A stretch of DNA of 64,000 nt from a virus: the IMG/VR virus record IMGVR_UViG_3300021964_000014; one strand, given 5' to 3'. Below, piece after piece: positions 37,201 to 47,400 of this stretch (positions are counted from its first letter, which is position 1; each line of letters starts with the position of its first letter). The position numbers and the translations under genes are program-made. The notes under the pieces were generated by a model, which ran no database searches, was not told where the DNA came from, and saw nothing but the letters and a program-made list of their open reading frames with translations.

Positions 37201-39999
37201 GCCTGATAGTCCTATTGCTGTATATTCATTTTGGTCATTTGCACTACCAAAAGATGCTACAATTTCGCTATTTGTTGAACTTCCGTATGCTGTAAGTCTG
37301 TAGCTAGGACTAGTAGTCCCTATACCGACGTTGCCGCCAGCTAGAATAGTCATTTTGTCAGTATTGTTAGTTCTAAAAAAGAAACTACCATTTGACATGT
37401 TTGACAAATAAGCATGATCACCTAAAAACTGTAAAAAACCAACATTAGTTCCATTTTCAACCCATCTGATAAAAGGGTTTGAATCTGCTTCAATTTTTAA
37501 AACTTCTGAATTTGTAGCACCCTCAATATGTAAAGGTGCAGTTGGCGTAGTCGTGCCTATTCCAACGTTGCCTGATGAATTAATCATCATTGGATAAGTA
37601 GATTGACCTACATTTTGAAAGTATAAAGAATCTGTATTCGTATATATGTTAAACTCACCGGTTGCTGAGGTGGTTCTTTTTAAAGTCAGTTGAGTATTAG
37701 AAGCACTTCTAGTTATAGAAACTCCTCCTGTTGAATCTACCCCTCCTACAGTAATCGCATTTGTTGTGGAAGAACCGTTTCCTGTTACATAATCTAATGT
37801 AAAATCAGTAGCATGTTTACTATCTACTGTATCTGCATTTGTAGCACTAGCTACAGTTCCGTCTATATTAGCAGCAGCCACGTATGATGCAGTAGCAGCT
37901 GTACCTGTTGTATCTTGATTCCAAGTTGGGGTAGTACCAGTTAATCCTGAGTAAGGCACAGATGAGGCTGATAAAGCATTATCCGCATATTCTGCATGAG
38001 AAGCAGAAACTAAACCGGTTAAATTACTTCCGTCTCCATGAAATGCTGAAGCAGAAACTATACCTACTACGTGTAGAGGATGTAAAGGTGAGGTTGTTCC
38101 AATACCTACCTTACCGTCTACGATTACATTATGTTTTGTAGTTCCTCCTCCAGTTCTATCTAAAAATCTTGTATAAAATTGTGCTGTTCCAGATCCTGGA
38201 GCAGTGGAAGGAGTAATAGTTAACGTCCCGTTTCCTAATACTGTAGATGGTGTTGAATCAAAAATTACTCTTTGATAAGCTGTGGTATTACCTAGAAGTA
38301 GGGAACCAGCGCTATCTATTTTCATTCTCTCTGTTCCTCCAGTACTTCTAAATATCCAACTATCTGGGCTGGTTAAGTATATATGAGTAGATCCTCTGTA
38401 ATCGTCGGCTAGTACCGCTCCATTTACCTCGAGCTTTTGACTTGGAGTAGTTGTTCCAATACCTACGTTACCACTATTATCTATCCTGGCATATTCAGAT
38501 CCAGAAACCCAAAATCCAATATGACCATTTCCACTATTGTTATCTTTAATTCTTATACGTGCCCAATTATCAACGTAACTAGATCCAGAAACACCAGCTT
38601 TTAAATCTAAATGACTATTATACTGGTAGGATGTCACCGTAGCATTGAATGAGTTATCAGTGTAGAGCTTTAATTTACCGTTACCAGTTGTTTCTCCTGT
38701 GTTCCCAATATGAATTTGATTACCATTCGCTACAGTGTTAAGTTTTATACTCCCAGTAAATTCATGAGTATCATCAGAAGTATCTCCAAACTTGGTTGAA
38801 CCGCTTTCGTATATAATAGATGCACTAACAAATTCCGTATGGAATTCCTGTGCTGTCAACGTACCTGTTACAGTTAAATTACCTGTTAATGTATCTGTTG
38901 TATTAAGCAAATACGAACCGGTAGCACCATTAAGTGACGAGATACTACTTTCGTTAGTTTTTACTCTACCTGCTATAGAACCTGAAAAACTTGTAATAGA
39001 TCCTGAAATATCGGATGCTATTTGAGCTGAACCGGATAATAGGTTCTTATTTTCTAATACATCTAAATCTGTTGTTAATGTAGATAGTGAAGCTGATACT
39101 GAGTTCCATCCATTTATATATGTATCTGATCCTGATATAACTCCATTAACGTGTAGAGGGTGTAATGGTGATGTTGTACCGATACCTACTCTACTATTTG
39201 CTATATCTACATGAATAGTGCCGTCTGCTACTGCTTGATTTGAAGCATTACCAACAAACAATCTACCTTCATTTAAGTTAGGTGTTGCATTAGTTCTACC
39301 TGCTCCTGATATTTTTATCGAACCAGCAGCATTATCTACTCTGGTTACTTTTGCTATTTTTTGTATTAACGATGATTCACCTGTAGGTGCAGTTGCTGTT
39401 AATTCTCCAGCTGAAGATGAAACATATAATTCGTCTCCTATTGTGAATCCTGAGGTATCTAAACCTGTTAATGTACCAACGGTGTAAATATCGATAGGAT
39501 TATTTAAAGAAGCAGCTGCTGCTGCTACACCGAACGCAGGCATTTTATTTGCATCGTCTGCATCTGCTTTTGATACTACTGTAGTATTTCCTGATATGCC
39601 AGAAATGTAGACTACGTCTCCTTTTGATAATGCTTCTCCTGCTTGTGCTTTGAATAAAACAGCTCCTCTTATATCTCCTATAAATTCTTCTGCTTCTACA
39701 TTACCAACTACTTCTAATTTTTCACCGGGTGAAGAGGTACCTATACCTACATTAGTACCATCATCGAATATAACAGAATCGGTTAACGTATCTGAATCTA
39801 ACCATTTAGATATGTAGTTTGTAGTTCCTGTACCGTCAAGGTCGTTAGAAGTAATAGTTACTAAAGAAGCTGATACTGATCCCCAATCATCGATAAACAC
39901 ATCAGATGATGTAACGTCTGTAGATACGTTTAAAGATCCAGTAATTTCAGAGGAAGCAAGGGATTTATACCCCTTCCTGATTATAAATTCGTTGGCCAT
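34297..39999 (-). CDS. Large modular tail fibre protein with C-terminal S74 chaperone
   Basis: About 12 xxVGIGxxxP junctions; ETSAKRFKENI...GLIAEEV...LIKAVQEQQ. Confidence 0.88.
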   Translation of the reverse strand: MANEFIIRKGYKSLASSEITGSLNVSTDVTSSDVFIDDWGSVSASLVTITSNDLDGTGTTNYISKWLDSDTLTDSVIFDDGTNVGIGTSSPGEKLEVVGNVEAEEFIGDIRGAVLFKAQAGEALSKGDVVYISGISGNTTVVSKADADDANKMPAFGVAAAAASLNNPIDIYTVGTLTGLDTSGFTIGDELYVSSSAGELTATAPTGESSLIQKIAKVTRVDNAAGSIKISGAGRTNATPNLNEGRLFVGNASNQAVADGTIHVDIANSRVGIGTTSPLHPLHVNGVISGSDTYINGWNSVSASLSTLTTDLDVLENKNLLSGSAQIASDISGSITSFSGSIAGRVKTNESSISSLNGATGSYLLNTTDTLTGNLTVTGTLTAQEFHTEFVSASIIYESGSTKFGDTSDDTHEFTGSIKLNTVANGNQIHIGNTGETTGNGKLKLYTDNSFNATVTSYQYNSHLDLKAGVSGSSYVDNWARIRIKDNNSGNGHIGFWVSGSEYARIDNSGNVGIGTTTPSQKLEVNGAVLADDYRGSTHIYLTSPDSWIFRSTGGTERMKIDSAGSLLLGNTTAYQRVIFDSTPSTVLGNGTLTITPSTAPGSGTAQFYTRFLDRTGGGTTKHNVIVDGKVGIGTTSPLHPLHVVGIVSASAFHGDGSNLTGLVSASHAEYADNALSASSVPYSGLTGTTPTWNQDTTGTAATASYVAAANIDGTVASATNADTVDSKHATDFTLDYVTGNGSSTTNAITVGGVDSTGGVSITRSASNTQLTLKRTTSATGEFNIYTNTDSLYFQNVGQSTYPMMINSSGNVGIGTTTPTAPLHIEGATNSEVLKIEADSNPFIRWVENGTNVGFLQFLGDHAYLSNMSNGSFFFRTNNTDKMTILAGGNVGIGTTSPSYRLTAYGSSTNSEIVASFGSANDQNEYTAIGLSGFIASNGATKAGLALKRTGTYGTGELHFLNNNTLDNSDMTLSDSKMMINSSGNVGIGNTSPGFKLQVTGDGSFENRVRVVGVDTGNPAVSANHVHLSAYGLAGNRGGFYITNQDTGGNIQFGIGGVHAANTKMYIASDGNVGIGTISPSLRLTVKDSQDSSFDSGIGVIRSANSQTGYINMVGGAFNFNAPSGIPIRFRDGGTANVTIDGSGNVGIGTTSPRQKLDVSSTIIQDGGFLQKSGINLGTSDLSTGNEYISHHGPILTDGSTASVATYGYFKGYQAVYASGSGGYNPHAQGAYSKPIMEFYSNNRGSITLPTDSPFATGYLYQLVLGNNGGGTNQAVEQTNSNSSLIWGIKSNNDAYFANDISGSDIYINNWGSISASLATIVGNDLDGSGTANDLAMWSDSDTLTDAPIAISGNNATFAGDVTLSDGSLVITQSVGTETFKVTTPYDRVGKFISTDAGAFLAIQDNNSTDNGVGINVQGDSLKLLTANTVGLTLDASQNATFAGGITAGGEIDVNLSSEGKYFEGGSGDIRRLSITSGTNVSAHALHTFNIASSNGKYEFDVNGTTEFSLDSSSATFAGNVGIGTTSPDAKLHVADTTAMTSGQSSVEVLKLQRLDSVGDIKASTEGHISMWGTDSNSNYEWARISWVNDNPGDGGLENEGALSFWTNTNGTLNRAMYIDHDQNVGIGIDDPAAKLEVKENLYVSHPNAEELTFRVDNYGTTGTDAGSLLRLINQAGTTVVNIDSRSGSTRHTYFNQGGNVGIGTTSPSYELDVRGSSADSRIYLDDGATGAAIYLRSNGSGEAGLYISSNSRITRAGGDLNIIANAIDMNLSTDNGSTNHLRIDTSGNVTINNDLFVEGTLTETSAKRFKENIQPLESQLENIEKLNPVSFDWKKDGKSDIGLIAEEVKEIIPTLVSEEDGEVKGIQYTKLTAILIKAVQEQQKQINELKEEIFILKKK

Positions 40000-40061
40000 A
40001 ATAGATTCCTTTTTTCACTGTCCAAAAGGTGATTCTATAATAAATAGCGTGAAAAGATTGT

Positions 40062-40235
40062 TTAAACCTCTACTATTTTATATTGGCGAGAATTATCGGC
40101 TGTAGTTAATGCATCCACTCTAGTTTGAGCTTCTGCTTCAGTGTCATATACATCTACTGTATCACTATCAGATAGTTTTTCTACCCAGACTGTGGCTGAT
40201 TGAGGATTAAATTGTTTTAGGACTTTGTATGGCAT
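40062..40235 (-). CDS. Small hypothetical protein (57 aa, not in ORF track)
   Basis: MPYKVLKQFNPQSATVWVEKLSDSDTVDVYDTEAEAQTRVDALTTADNSRQYKIVEV; starts 1 nt after the upstream fibre stop. Confidence 0.75.
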   Translation of the reverse strand: MPYKVLKQFNPQSATVWVEKLSDSDTVDVYDTEAEAQTRVDALTTADNSRQYKIVEV

Positions 40236-40236
40236 T

Positions 40237-43200
40237 TTACTTAATTTGTTTTTTTAATTCTTCTATTTCTGCTTTTAACTCTTTAATACCTTCAACTAAT
40301 AGTGGTATTAATTTTGCGTAATCAACAGAAAGATATTCTTCATTAACCTCTGGATCGTTACTAATCGGTGCTTTAGATACCGCTTCAGGTAAAACTTCTT
40401 GTACTTCCTGTGCTGAAAGACCAATTCTTTTTTCTTTCTTGTATCCTAGTTCTAATGCTTTTTCGTTTGGTTCATAGTAGAAACCATTAAGTAACTTTAT
40501 TTTACCTATAGCACCAGTAATATCTCCAAGCTTAGTTTTTAAACGCATATCAGAATAGTATGCTACTACGTCTCCTGTTACATTCATAGTACCGCTCAAG
40601 TACCCGCCACCGCCTCTATTTACATGGAATAAATCTGAGGTAATATTAGATGATTTAACTTGAAAAGCTTTTGAAGGGTCGGAAGAAGATGTATCTGCTT
40701 CAACTACAAATCTACCTTTTACTCTAACGTGGTCAGAAGAACCTGCACCATCATTTTGTGCACTTAAAAGAAGAACTGATCTTTCACCGGCAGTAACTCC
40801 TGCTTCAGGATAATCTTCATCAAATACTATATATCCGAAATCTGAAGGTGCATTTCCAATAGACTTAAATAGTATTGCTGTTGCTCCATCATCTCCGGCT
40901 GGTTCTAATGCCAATGCTACATTACCGTCATAGTCCCAGTAGGCTCCTCTGTCAGAACCATCATAATCCTGTGCTTGACCTTTAAGTACAACAGCTCCAT
41001 GGAATATTGAAGTATTAGCTACTCCATAACCTACATTAATAGCTCCATAAGTAGAAAGTCCTTTATCTGGTGTGTCTGTCTGTCCTTGACCCCAACCAGA
41101 TGGATGACCAATTCCTACTTTATTATAAAGGTGTATATACTCATTAGTAAACCTACCCCTAATACCATATAAACGAATAGATTCACTTGCGTTAAAATCT
41201 AATCTACCTCCTACAGTATCATCGGCATCACTTCGTATGAATTGAGATGAGTCTATACCGTCAAGTAGGTTGGAGTCTGCTGCTTTACCTGTTGTAGTTA
41301 AGTATGATGCAGGATTAAAATTACCATTGTGCCACAGTTTTCTCCAATCTCTCCAAGTAGAACCATCAGTTCTAACTCTAGCATAAAAATCTGTACCGTT
41401 ATAATGTGCGCCTAGTTGTAAAACAGACGCACTACCTCCAGTAAATGAAGTAAATAAGTGTGCTGACGCACCTGTATAACTTATTGATCTTGATCCGTTT
41501 TCTGCTATCTGAGTTTCGGTGTGAGCGTTATCAAAAGGGTCACTATTATTACCTCCTGCTGTGGTTGTTACATTAATACTACCTCTATTTAAAAATACAG
41601 TACTGGCTAATCTATCATTAGATAATGTACCTGAGTTTATTTCACTTGCTGAGTGATTATGTGAAGATGGTGAAAAAGTCGAAGGTTTAGCTAAAACAGT
41701 ATCCCAATGCGGTCCCCATTGTCCGGTTGTATTGACATCTTTTTCTTTAGTCCATCCTACACCCTGTAGGTGTACTCTGCCGGATCTATTAGTAATTCTA
41801 ATAGCAGTAAGTCCATCAAGTCCGGATATCTTAATAATTTCTTGACCATCATGTCCTCCTCCATGGTCACTATTTTCTACGTTTTGATAAGAAGTATACC
41901 TTCCCCTTAGTACCAGATCTCCGTCGCTTTCAACTGCGTAGACATCAAAGTAACCTCCGGAGGTCCATCTTAGCTGTCCTATATAAGCAGTTTTCATACC
42001 GCTTGGAACATTATACTGTACGTAATTTCCGTTTCCGGCATCATTATAAGCATAAGCATCTCCTATCTTATAATTTCCCCATGAGCCGTTTTCGCCTGAA
42101 TTCCAAGTACCGGAAGAACTATTCCAATCATTAGCATTAGTGACAGCGGCGTAATCAGTTCTACAAAATCTATCATCGGATTCTGATTCAGTATAGTACC
42201 TGTCATCGTGGGTATGAGAAGAGGCTGCGTATACACTATTTAATGTAGAGCTATAATTTCCTGATGTTAGTATGGTATTACTATTGTGCTTTAGGTTACT
42301 AGATGCATTAGTCTTAAATGCAATACCGTCGTTCGAATCATTTTGAGATTCTATAACTAATACAGATCCGGCGAAGCCTTCAGCATTTGTAGTATGGTAT
42401 ATGGTAGCGTTATCTGAAAAGTCTGTTGCTGTTTCTTTATCAAATCCGGTAAATTTTATTGCTCTTGTCTGATTAGTTGTTGTTGGGTCTCCTTCTAATA
42501 TAAGGTCACCAAATAAACTAAGTTCTCCTTGGACTGCTTCTGTAACGTCGATAACAGTACAGCTTGCTAAATACCAAGTAAATGTAGAACCTCCGCCTGA
42601 AACATAAACGTGACCACCACTAGAAAATGTTCCACTGTCACCACAATGTGATACTCTAGCATACCATTCCCATTTACCTGTACCGGCAGTATTTGTTAAC
42701 CAGTAAGATGTATTATTTGATCCTTGGGCGTTTTCAGCTATAACTAGACTTCTTCCAGAATCTAATTTAGCTTGAAATATCTGAACAAATGTATGGTTAT
42801 CTTGAGATGGAATACTATGTATAAAACCACCATGACCAGGAGACGTTGAATTACCGTTGTGTACTATTTTGAGAACTACCCCAGTACTGTTAGGAGCTGA
42901 TTGTTCTAAAGTTACTGAATCAGCTTCTCTTGTAATAACAACTCCATCTCCCCCTGCGTTATTGTACACACCTACGCCGTTACTGCCGTCTCTAAATTCT
43001 TCATCAGGGTAAAGTCTTCTACCGCTACCTCTTATGGAAGAAACTATAGGGTTCCAAGGTCCTCTTTCTGTAGAGTTGCTAGGTAAGTCGAGGACTTTTT
43101 TACCGTCAATATTTAAAACACTTAAATTTCCACCGGCGACTGCATTATCTACATATGTTTTATTTGCAGCATCGGTTGACGCACTTACAGTATCTACTCC

Positions 43201-44406
43201 TTGAATTCTACCTGTACCGCTTAAGACTATGTCTCCACCGCCTACAGTTAGATCACCTGTGGTAGTTACATCTCCATTATAAGTAATTTCTAATTCACTT
43301 CCATTTTCATGTTTTATTCTAAAAGGACTATCGGTATCATCATCACCCCATTGAATAATAGGTCTATAATTACCTGAAGAGTATTCTTCCATTCCGAAGA
43401 AAACGGCATCTGAATTTGCTTGAAATTGAATACCATACGCACCTGAGGGTAAATAAGCTGGGAATACTCCTGTGCCTGCTGCAAAATCGTCAGTTAATCC
43501 TATCTGTATTCTTGTATCCCAACCAGCACCAGATGCATGGTCGTTAAACATCATATCAATCAAAGGAGTTGTGCCGGTTTTTCCTATAGTAAGATTTCCT
43601 TCTATTGTAGCATTACCCTTAGCCCATAAATTACCAGAATCGGATTCTAGTTTCATTACTTCCACTGCACCATTAGAATACCATCCAAAAGAAGGAACTA
43701 TCCCTGTACTGCTGTATGCTGCATGATTAGGCACATGGAATGTTAACTGTCTTTTAGCATCATCATTACCATTTCCTAATCCGTATGCTCCTGCTGAGGC
43801 TCCTCTTGCTCCTAATCCCCATAAGTACCAATCGTCTGCGGTTGCTGTTATATTACCACTGTATGAATCATCTGCATCACTTCTTAGATACTTATTATCT
43901 GTATATCCGGTATAGTTGCCGGCGTGTAGAACAGTATTTCCACCTATTGTTGTACCTGATGTGGTTACTTTTAATTCATTTGTAGAAGAGTTGTTTCCTG
44001 CTCTAATATAAACATTATCTCCGTTTATATATGTATCGGTACCTGCACTAATAATTAAATACTGTTGAGTTGTAGTAACTATTGCCTCTGTGTTCCATAA
44101 GCCGTAGTATCCGCTATGAACAGCGTGTTCTCCTAATACAGCTTCGCCAATCTTAAATTTTCTTCCGGTACCGGTTAATTCTAAAATATTATCAGAAGAA
44201 TCATCAGCTACAGCTAAAGTTATATTACCTGAAGATCCGTTTAGCCATACTATTCCTTCCCCAGGGTCATTGATAGTAAGTTGATTAACATTTTCAATAT
44301 TGTAGTTGGTACCTGAAATTCCATTAGAATTGGTTAACCCTACTATAGTACCGCTAGTGTTTAATCCTGAACCTAAATTTATTCTATCTTTTAATTGTAT
44401 AGCCAT
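40237..44406 (-). CDS. Tail fibre protein with C-terminal S74 chaperone
   Basis: HTHDDRYYTE and HNH metal-knot-like motifs, ADSNLLDGIDS, SDMRLK...GLSAQEV. Confidence 0.86.
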   Translation of the reverse strand: MAIQLKDRINLGSGLNTSGTIVGLTNSNGISGTNYNIENVNQLTINDPGEGIVWLNGSSGNITLAVADDSSDNILELTGTGRKFKIGEAVLGEHAVHSGYYGLWNTEAIVTTTQQYLIISAGTDTYINGDNVYIRAGNNSSTNELKVTTSGTTIGGNTVLHAGNYTGYTDNKYLRSDADDSYSGNITATADDWYLWGLGARGASAGAYGLGNGNDDAKRQLTFHVPNHAAYSSTGIVPSFGWYSNGAVEVMKLESDSGNLWAKGNATIEGNLTIGKTGTTPLIDMMFNDHASGAGWDTRIQIGLTDDFAAGTGVFPAYLPSGAYGIQFQANSDAVFFGMEEYSSGNYRPIIQWGDDDTDSPFRIKHENGSELEITYNGDVTTTGDLTVGGGDIVLSGTGRIQGVDTVSASTDAANKTYVDNAVAGGNLSVLNIDGKKVLDLPSNSTERGPWNPIVSSIRGSGRRLYPDEEFRDGSNGVGVYNNAGGDGVVITREADSVTLEQSAPNSTGVVLKIVHNGNSTSPGHGGFIHSIPSQDNHTFVQIFQAKLDSGRSLVIAENAQGSNNTSYWLTNTAGTGKWEWYARVSHCGDSGTFSSGGHVYVSGGGSTFTWYLASCTVIDVTEAVQGELSLFGDLILEGDPTTTNQTRAIKFTGFDKETATDFSDNATIYHTTNAEGFAGSVLVIESQNDSNDGIAFKTNASSNLKHNSNTILTSGNYSSTLNSVYAASSHTHDDRYYTESESDDRFCRTDYAAVTNANDWNSSSGTWNSGENGSWGNYKIGDAYAYNDAGNGNYVQYNVPSGMKTAYIGQLRWTSGGYFDVYAVESDGDLVLRGRYTSYQNVENSDHGGGHDGQEIIKISGLDGLTAIRITNRSGRVHLQGVGWTKEKDVNTTGQWGPHWDTVLAKPSTFSPSSHNHSASEINSGTLSNDRLASTVFLNRGSINVTTTAGGNNSDPFDNAHTETQIAENGSRSISYTGASAHLFTSFTGGSASVLQLGAHYNGTDFYARVRTDGSTWRDWRKLWHNGNFNPASYLTTTGKAADSNLLDGIDSSQFIRSDADDTVGGRLDFNASESIRLYGIRGRFTNEYIHLYNKVGIGHPSGWGQGQTDTPDKGLSTYGAINVGYGVANTSIFHGAVVLKGQAQDYDGSDRGAYWDYDGNVALALEPAGDDGATAILFKSIGNAPSDFGYIVFDEDYPEAGVTAGERSVLLLSAQNDGAGSSDHVRVKGRFVVEADTSSSDPSKAFQVKSSNITSDLFHVNRGGGGYLSGTMNVTGDVVAYYSDMRLKTKLGDITGAIGKIKLLNGFYYEPNEKALELGYKKEKRIGLSAQEVQEVLPEAVSKAPISNDPEVNEEYLSVDYAKLIPLLVEGIKELKAEIEELKKQIK

Positions 44407-44408
44407 AA

Positions 44409-47400
44409 TTATATCATTCTTCTAAATTTGAACGTATATGTAGAGTCCCCACTTGTAGTCACGTTAGATGCTATCTGTAACTTTAAATCATCAGTATCTG
44501 CACTAGCAGTACGTAATACTCTTAAATAAATATGCCTATTACTAGGAGCATGTCCTGCTTTGTGTAATACTATCTCATCAGAATTTGAACTATTAGTATT
44601 ACCAGCAAACCAAGACATAGTACCTGAGTATGTTTCATAATAATGTCCTCCCCCGACAGCGTAGTTATGAGCATACATTTGTAAAATATAGGTACCGGTT
44701 GCTAGATCTGTTCCATTTATACCTGTATCCGACCAGCTTGTAGTTACCGTTAATGATTGAGAGAATGTTTTTATCTGATCAATATCAGTACCTGATGTTG
44801 GTGTTATACCTTCATGAGATATATTTCCTTGTACATTTAATGAACCTGTAAAGTTATGTACATCATCTGATGAATTACCAAATGAAGTACTACCGCTTTC
44901 ATGTAAAATTGATGAACTAACATATTCGGTATGGAATTGCTGTGCTGTGATAGTACCTGCTACGGTTAAGTTACCGGCTAATGTTCCGTTACCGCTAGTA
45001 TCAAATTCTGTATTACCCCCATATACTGCAAAGTTACCAGAACCTCCGTTTTGCTGTGGTCTAAATACTGTATTGCCTGGTCCTCCGTTAAAGTATACGT
45101 TATTACCGTTTTCATAGATAGTAAATCTATCAGATCCACCTTCTCTTAAACGTAAGTAGTAATTATCTGTATCTCCGCTAGAATCTATATTTAATACATT
45201 ATACTTTGTATCTTCATACCACTTATCTACATGATAAGCTTCACCTCCTGCGTAGTTATTTGCAAATAAGTGAGCAATTCTAGTTGAAGTTGTATTAAAG
45301 TTTGTTAATGTAAAACGTATACCTGTGGTTGCTGTACCGCCTGTATTAAAAGTAACATAGTAGGAACTATAAGCATAGTTTGTAACACTACCTCTTGAAG
45401 TCCAATTTGTTCCATCTGTTGTAGTTTCTATTGTAATATTTTTAGCTCTCCATGCTCTAGAACTAAACACAATACCTGTACCTGAGCTATGACTAAATGA
45501 AGCGTTGGTGATTGTTATTACTACAGTATCGTTAGTACTTACTGATATGCTTTGATAGTGGTGTGTGCTTTTAAATACGTTAGAGCTTAAGCTTGTTGCA
45601 CTACCGTTTAGTGTTGCAGAAACTGTAAATCTTTCATCAGCACCGGCTAATTCGTTTTGAGTTGATCCTGGGAGTATAAATTGGTTTTCACCGTTTTCTG
45701 CTCCAATTTCTGCAATAAATCCTTCTATTTTTGAAAGACCTTCACCGCTATTACTCAATACACCGGAAAGGTTTCCGTATACTATAGTATTATCATCTTG
45801 AGAATTTCCTAAAGTAGTATCTCCGTATACTGTTAAATTAGTACCTACGGTTAAATTACCGGCAAGTACTGAATTAGATGATGGATCTAAATAGTAATTT
45901 CCATCTCTAAATATAGTTCCTTCTATATCCCCGACAACATGTAATTTACGTGTTGGTGAAGTCGTGCCGATTCCTACGTTTCCTGCTTGCGTTACTACCA
46001 TTCTTTGAACAGTTGATGCAGTATTCCAAACACTAAAACAATTAGCACTGTCAGCGCCAATTCCACCACTACCTATACTATTGCCATCTCTACCGAACGC
46101 TATTTGTATTGAAGCACCGCTAGTCCTAAATTCAGAACCGTAATTGTATATTTTATTTGCGTTAGAAACACCTTGACTAAATTCACCAGTAACATAAGCA
46201 TCTCCTGAAACTTGCAGTTTACTAGCAGGCGAAGTCGTGCCGATTCCTACGTTTCCTCCAGCTTCTACTTTTAAAGCTTGATTTCCTTCAGGTGATATGT
46301 AAATGCTATCAGAATCTGTTTCTATAAAAGCGTTAGATGCATTGTGTCTTAATGAAATATAATCTTGTTCATATCTATCGTAGACTCTAAGACCTGCTGA
46401 TTCGTTTTGACTATTAGGTCTAAACTTAAATACATTTGCAGTAGTATCATTTGAAGGTTCTATTGCGAAATCAACAGAGTTTGGGTCTGATAAGAATAAT
46501 CTTAGGTTTGATGCCGAACTTCCATCTTCAATTCTAAAACCTCCTTTAATATGTAGTTTATCACCTGGACCAGTCGTTCCAATACCTACGTTTCCTGCAG
46601 CAGTAATACGCATTCTTTCGGTGTTGTTTGAGAATATTGATACTTCTCCTTTTCCTGTATCATAGCTAGCTATTGCACCTACCTGTACAACATCGCCATT
46701 TGTTGCACCTAATATTCTATTCCATGAATTACCGGCACTATCTAATACTCTAAGCCATTTATTATTGTACATAAACATCTCACCATCAAATAAATGAGTC
46801 TTCTGAGATTGTATGTATTGGGCAGAATCTAATTTTAAACGATCACCAGTTGTAGTAAATTGTGAATGACCGTTTGTCTTTACTTGGACTGTTAATGAAT
46901 CAGTTGTACTATTACCTGTATCTCTACCATATAAAGTAATGATAGGGTTACCAGATGTCATAGCAGAAGTACCTATACTTAAATCACCGTTATTAGTATC
47001 AAACGTATGTGATACTGCCGTATTAGAGTTTCTAAAAAATATTTTACTGTCATTATTATTAGCGGTAGACCCAGCTGTTTGTAACAGTGTACCAGCTGAG
47101 GCATTCGACCAAAGAGTATTCATCCCAGATGCACCTTGGAACCAACTATCCGCTTGTACTTTAGCACTAAAGTTAGCGTTACCTGAGTTATCCATTGATA
47201 GCACTACACTACCGTTAGCACTGTTATTATGTGTTGCTATTTCAAACGCAGGTGTTCCATCGGTACCTAATCTAGCTCCTCTTAAAGATACACCGTAGTT
47301 ATCTACTGGCGAAGTGCCTAAAAATATAGAGGATTTACCTGATGTGTTGGTAGTAGATCCTGGTTTTAATCTTATAGCAGAGGTAGTACCAATGTTAGTT

